29,054 nucleotides of DNA from the NCBI GenBank assembly GCA_038134595.1, contig JAYPVM010000018.1, positions 1-29,054 of the forward strand, written 5' to 3'. This DNA comes from Pseudomonadota bacterium. Its GTDB lineage: Bacteria; Bdellovibrionota_C; UBA2361; OMII01. The notes beneath the pieces are model-generated. The model was not told where the DNA came from. It ran no database searches and was given only the letters and a program-made list of their open reading frames with translations. The translations under genes were made by a program, and so were the position numbers. Below, one piece after another: positions 25,717 through 29,054 of this stretch; within the stretch, counting starts at the first letter, position 1; each line of letters starts with the position of its first letter.

Positions 25717-26514
25717 CTAACTAGCGGCTGAAACTTTAATTCCATCCTTTAGATAGTTATTGTGAAAATAGAGTGTTTTGATTTCGTGTTGCTCGTTACA
25801 TGCACCCGTTGAAGCAGAAAATCCAATAAATACACTATCCTCAAGAACACCACTTAGATCGACTTGAGTTCGCATTGTTGCTTCAGCTGGTCGGGTGGCC
25901 CCGTCTGAAATCCGCACTTCCATATATTTGCTCGCGCCATCGTATTCGAGCCAAACATAATAAACTCTTCCATCGTTTAGAGTGTAGGGAGAAAGTGTCG
26001 TTGCGTAGGAGGATGGATCTCCATGGAGGCTAAGTCCTATGTGTTGTCCAGGAGGATCTTGGAATTCCCCGTTGTGATACGTATCAAACTCTACTGCTAA
26101 TGACATCTCTGTTCCTGCATATCCAACTCCATTTCCCGGAGCATGCTTCGTGTCGGAAGCCCCTTGAATCAAAAACGAAATGCCGTCTGCTCCCAGCCCT
26201 TGATGACAGATAGGGTCACTTATTGACATAGAGAAGTGCGCACTGAAAGAGCGCGAGGATGTCAAAGTTTGCGGTGTATTAAAAAGGGCAACTCCTTGCA
26301 TCCAATTTTTTGCTTCTGTGAGTCGCAGACTGTTGCCGTCTACTGTTGCGTTACCGACAAGCTTTAGGCTAGGTTCCGTCGAAGGAACAAAATCTGCTAT
26401 CGAAATTTGTAGCGGAACTTGAGTCTCAGCTACGGCAGTGCTCATACTCGAGGAGACCCCAAATAGTATCGCCAGCGTTAGACCCCCAAAATGTAGGTTT
26501 ACTTTTTTGCCCAT
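25717..26514 (-). CDS. Secreted L-type (legume-like) lectin domain protein
   Basis: Signal peptide from MGKKV (AGGAGAGG RBS), LRLT, GADGISF, AVEFDTYHN, HIG and VFIGFSASTG motifs. Confidence 0.88.
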   Translation of the reverse strand: MGKKVNLHFGGLTLAILFGVSSSMSTAVAETQVPLQISIADFVPSTEPSLKLVGNATVDGNSLRLTEAKNWMQGVALFNTPQTLTSSRSFSAHFSMSISDPICHQGLGADGISFLIQGASDTKHAPGNGVGYAGTEMSLAVEFDTYHNGEFQDPPGQHIGLSLHGDPSSYATTLSPYTLNDGRVYYVWLEYDGASKYMEVRISDGATRPAEATMRTQVDLSGVLEDSVFIGFSASTGACNEQHEIKTLYFHNNYLKDGIKVSAAS

Positions 26515-26738
26515 TTTTCTTCCTCTCCTGCGAAACGTTCTCGGACTGTTTGAACTGTCCAGCAACTATTAGAGACGGCACAATATTTGTAATTCTTTAG
26601 GTCTTATCAACTTTTACAACTACACGGTGTAATTTCAGTCGTCGACACCTTAGAATTACTATAATTTTCACCCTGTATTATCAAGTTCTTACTAAAGAAG
26701 TGACATCAAAAACTGCTAGTTTTTACCACAAAATATCG

Positions 26739-28838
26739 TTAAGGCATTGGCACATCATAAACCATGAGCGTACGACGATACATGTCGGTAAATGGATAGC
26801 TACGCAAAGCACCCTGTGGATATAGCTGTTCTAGCATCGGCAGGAACTCTTTTCGGTGTGGAGCCTTTGGATACACAAATAGAACCCTCTTCCATGAAGC
26901 GTTTCTGGGATAAGTCCCCAATACGGTCGATTTGTAATACCAGCTATTTACAGAGGGAGTGGGGTTTTCAACTATCTCACGTAAGCCCCGCCGTTCGTCG
27001 TACGGAGTGGCGAATCCAATTGTTCCTTTGCCGTCTTTTAGCTCATCAAAAATGCCATAGAACATCTCACAACGCCTCTCGTCGGCGAGATAGACTAAAA
27101 GAGTTCCCTCCGTAACAAGAGGACGAACCACATTGGTTGCCTGTAATTGGACCGATGGTCCCGTTGGTCTCCGATACATCGAAAACATTTGAAATCCACA
27201 TAGAACAACTGCGAAACCTAGAAGCAAAGCGTATTGGAGGGGCAGAGTTGCTTTTCTACCTATTCGGGGGGCTACTATTTTCTCAAAGAGCCAGCCAAAC
27301 TCTCGGCACGCTAGAATTGTCATCAAAATCAAGGCGAATGCGATTCGACGTTCTGCCATTCCAGTAGCTACCCCGGGTATGAGACCCCCGATAAGAAGGC
27401 CTACCAAAAGCAGTGTTGCCGGATTTCGCAAATTACATATTAGACGAGCCATAGCCACCGTGCAAAAAACAACGCAAAAACTCGGCAGTGAGCGTACCGG
27501 AATGATCGTTGCGTGATTTGTCCAGTGAGTTCTTTCGACCGGCCCGTGATAAATTTCTTCAAAAAACTGCATCGCATTTCCAAGTAACTTCTGGGCGGTC
27601 ATCAGCAGGGTAGTATCAGTCTGCGCCGGTTGGATCATGGGAACAGGCGTCATCAAATGCAATTTGCCGTGATAAAAATAGTAAATGAGAGTTCTACTTA
27701 CGAAATACAGCATGCCACCTAAAATCACGACAAGCCATTTCCTCTTTTCTCCAAGCCACTGCTTACGATCAAAGAGCATCACACCAAACATCGCCAAAAA
27801 TGGGCCTACCGCTATCGTCTTTGCTGATGGATAGACAAACTTTGTCATGACGATTGTTAATAATATCCCCACAAATGCTAGCCAGGAGCGTTGTTTAAGT
27901 GCCGTGACTGAAAACCACAACATTAACAGCCCAATCAAAACAGGTAGATGATGAAGGGTCGGTTGTCGGGCCCAATCAAATTCTAAGGGGCCAAAGCCGA
28001 TAGCGACCAGCGACAGAAATGCAGTAAAAACACCAAACAGGCTACGAGTAGTAAAATACACCACAGTTAGATTGATAAAACTGATAGCAACGCTCAACAT
28101 CCGCTGGTCAAGATCAAACAGGATGGGATGCTCTAACCTAGTAAACAAATTATGTAACGCCACCCAGGCAAATCCAGAGGATTGCTGTATATGTTCCCCT
28201 AACTCCTGTTGCAACATAGTATTCCACGATGTTGCTATCGCTCGATGTGGACATGTCTCTGCATCCCATGCTTCCGGATTGAAATTAATGTCGTAAAACC
28301 TCATGGAGATCATCACAGCGCCAAAAAGAACTAAGAGCACTGCTTCCATCCAGCTAAATCTCGTGGCCACCTCTCGGATAGGTTCAACAGCCGCAATCTG
28401 CGGTTCTACTCGGTCAGATGCTGTATCTTTTTTCAAGAAGAACGCAATCAGAGCACAAAGAAAACTTGCAAGATGGGCATACATCATCCTAGTCGTGGCA
28501 CGACTAAACTCAAAATATTCTCCTACACAAGAAAGAGATACGGCGGCTAGATAAAGCAAAAGCCATAGAGGCAATCGCCTACAGAAGAGTAAAATAGCGG
28601 CGATAACACCGATAAGATACGCTCCACCACGAGAGCTCTCTCGGATAAACTGCCAACTTACATTCATCCGCTGCTGAACCTGGTCAATAACCGCAGAAGA
28701 GATCGGTTCAAAGACTCTAAAGCATCCAACTCCACCTTCATTAGCTTGATAGCACTCATAACGGAGTGCGAAAAAAACGATTCCAATTATAAATAAGGCG
28801 ATAGGGAATGGTTTTAATAAGAGCCCTGTTCGTTTCAT
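26739..28838 (-). CDS. Polytopic membrane protein, probably a GT-C fold (ArnT/PMT-like) glycosyltransferase
   Basis: More than 10 TM segments; MRFYDINFNPEAWDAE loop after a TM helix, RMLSVAIS...VYFTTRSLFG, and a C-terminal soluble domain. Confidence 0.65.
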   Translation of the reverse strand: MKRTGLLLKPFPIALFIIGIVFFALRYECYQANEGGVGCFRVFEPISSAVIDQVQQRMNVSWQFIRESSRGGAYLIGVIAAILLFCRRLPLWLLLYLAAVSLSCVGEYFEFSRATTRMMYAHLASFLCALIAFFLKKDTASDRVEPQIAAVEPIREVATRFSWMEAVLLVLFGAVMISMRFYDINFNPEAWDAETCPHRAIATSWNTMLQQELGEHIQQSSGFAWVALHNLFTRLEHPILFDLDQRMLSVAISFINLTVVYFTTRSLFGVFTAFLSLVAIGFGPLEFDWARQPTLHHLPVLIGLLMLWFSVTALKQRSWLAFVGILLTIVMTKFVYPSAKTIAVGPFLAMFGVMLFDRKQWLGEKRKWLVVILGGMLYFVSRTLIYYFYHGKLHLMTPVPMIQPAQTDTTLLMTAQKLLGNAMQFFEEIYHGPVERTHWTNHATIIPVRSLPSFCVVFCTVAMARLICNLRNPATLLLVGLLIGGLIPGVATGMAERRIAFALILMTILACREFGWLFEKIVAPRIGRKATLPLQYALLLGFAVVLCGFQMFSMYRRPTGPSVQLQATNVVRPLVTEGTLLVYLADERRCEMFYGIFDELKDGKGTIGFATPYDERRGLREIVENPTPSVNSWYYKSTVLGTYPRNASWKRVLFVYPKAPHRKEFLPMLEQLYPQGALRSYPFTDMYRRTLMVYDVPMP

Positions 28839-28853
28839 AGTAGCTACTATTGC

Positions 28854-29054
28854 CTACGGGTGGTGGTTTTGAGAGCTTACAAAAGCTCTATAAGCTGTCT
28901 GTAGGAACATATATTCCCCTCTGGTCCCGAAAAGTGGCAATCCAGCGATCTTTAGCAGGGTGCTGAAAAAAGGTTCCGTCGTGAACATTTTGAGAGTTCT
29001 GACGAAACGAGGCGGAGACGACGAAAAAACCGGAGGCGTATCCACCGAGATACG
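28854..29054 (-). CDS. 3' end of a gene truncated by the window edge
   Basis: The frame is open to the window end and stops 15 nt before the next ATG. Another minus frame is also open for most of this stretch, so the frame is uncertain. Confidence 0.45.
   Translation of the reverse strand, partial: RISVDTPPVFSSSPPRFVRTLKMFTTEPFFSTLLKIAGLPLFGTRGEYMFLQTAYRAFVSSQNHHP

Noticed and set aside
1009..28554. Many short ORFs nested in or antisense to the main genes
   Set aside because: They are shadow frames of well-supported CDSs with no independent evidence.

Overview
Bacterial chromosomal window, probably from a MAG of a Deltaproteobacteria/Bdellovibrionota-like lineage (weak inference from gene style only). 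In order it holds: a 5'-truncated hypothetical gene; a long UbiD-family decarboxylase; a class II glutamine amidotransferase followed by a divergent glutamine-synthetase-like ligase; an imuA-imuB-dnaE2 mutagenesis cassette; an isolated G6PD/Gfo-Idh-MocA-like dehydrogenase between two long (~650-790 nt), hairpin-rich intergenic regions; an enoyl-CoA hydratase; small hypothetical genes; a stand-alone RRM-ribosomal protein bS18 fusion with its own promoter and terminator; DUF2752 and a membrane protein; a HAD hydrolase; an SDR, DUF456 and DUF3617; a cobalamin riboswitch upstream of a BtuB-like receptor; a DAACS symporter; a secreted L-type lectin; and a GT-C-like membrane glycosyltransferase. No rRNA, tRNA, CRISPR array, transposase or integrase was recognised. 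The best candidates for something new are the RRM-bS18 fusion, the structured-RNA-flanked G6PD-like locus and the GATase-II/GS-like pair. All family calls come from motifs recognised by eye and all RNA pairings were found by hand; no searches or folding programs were run.
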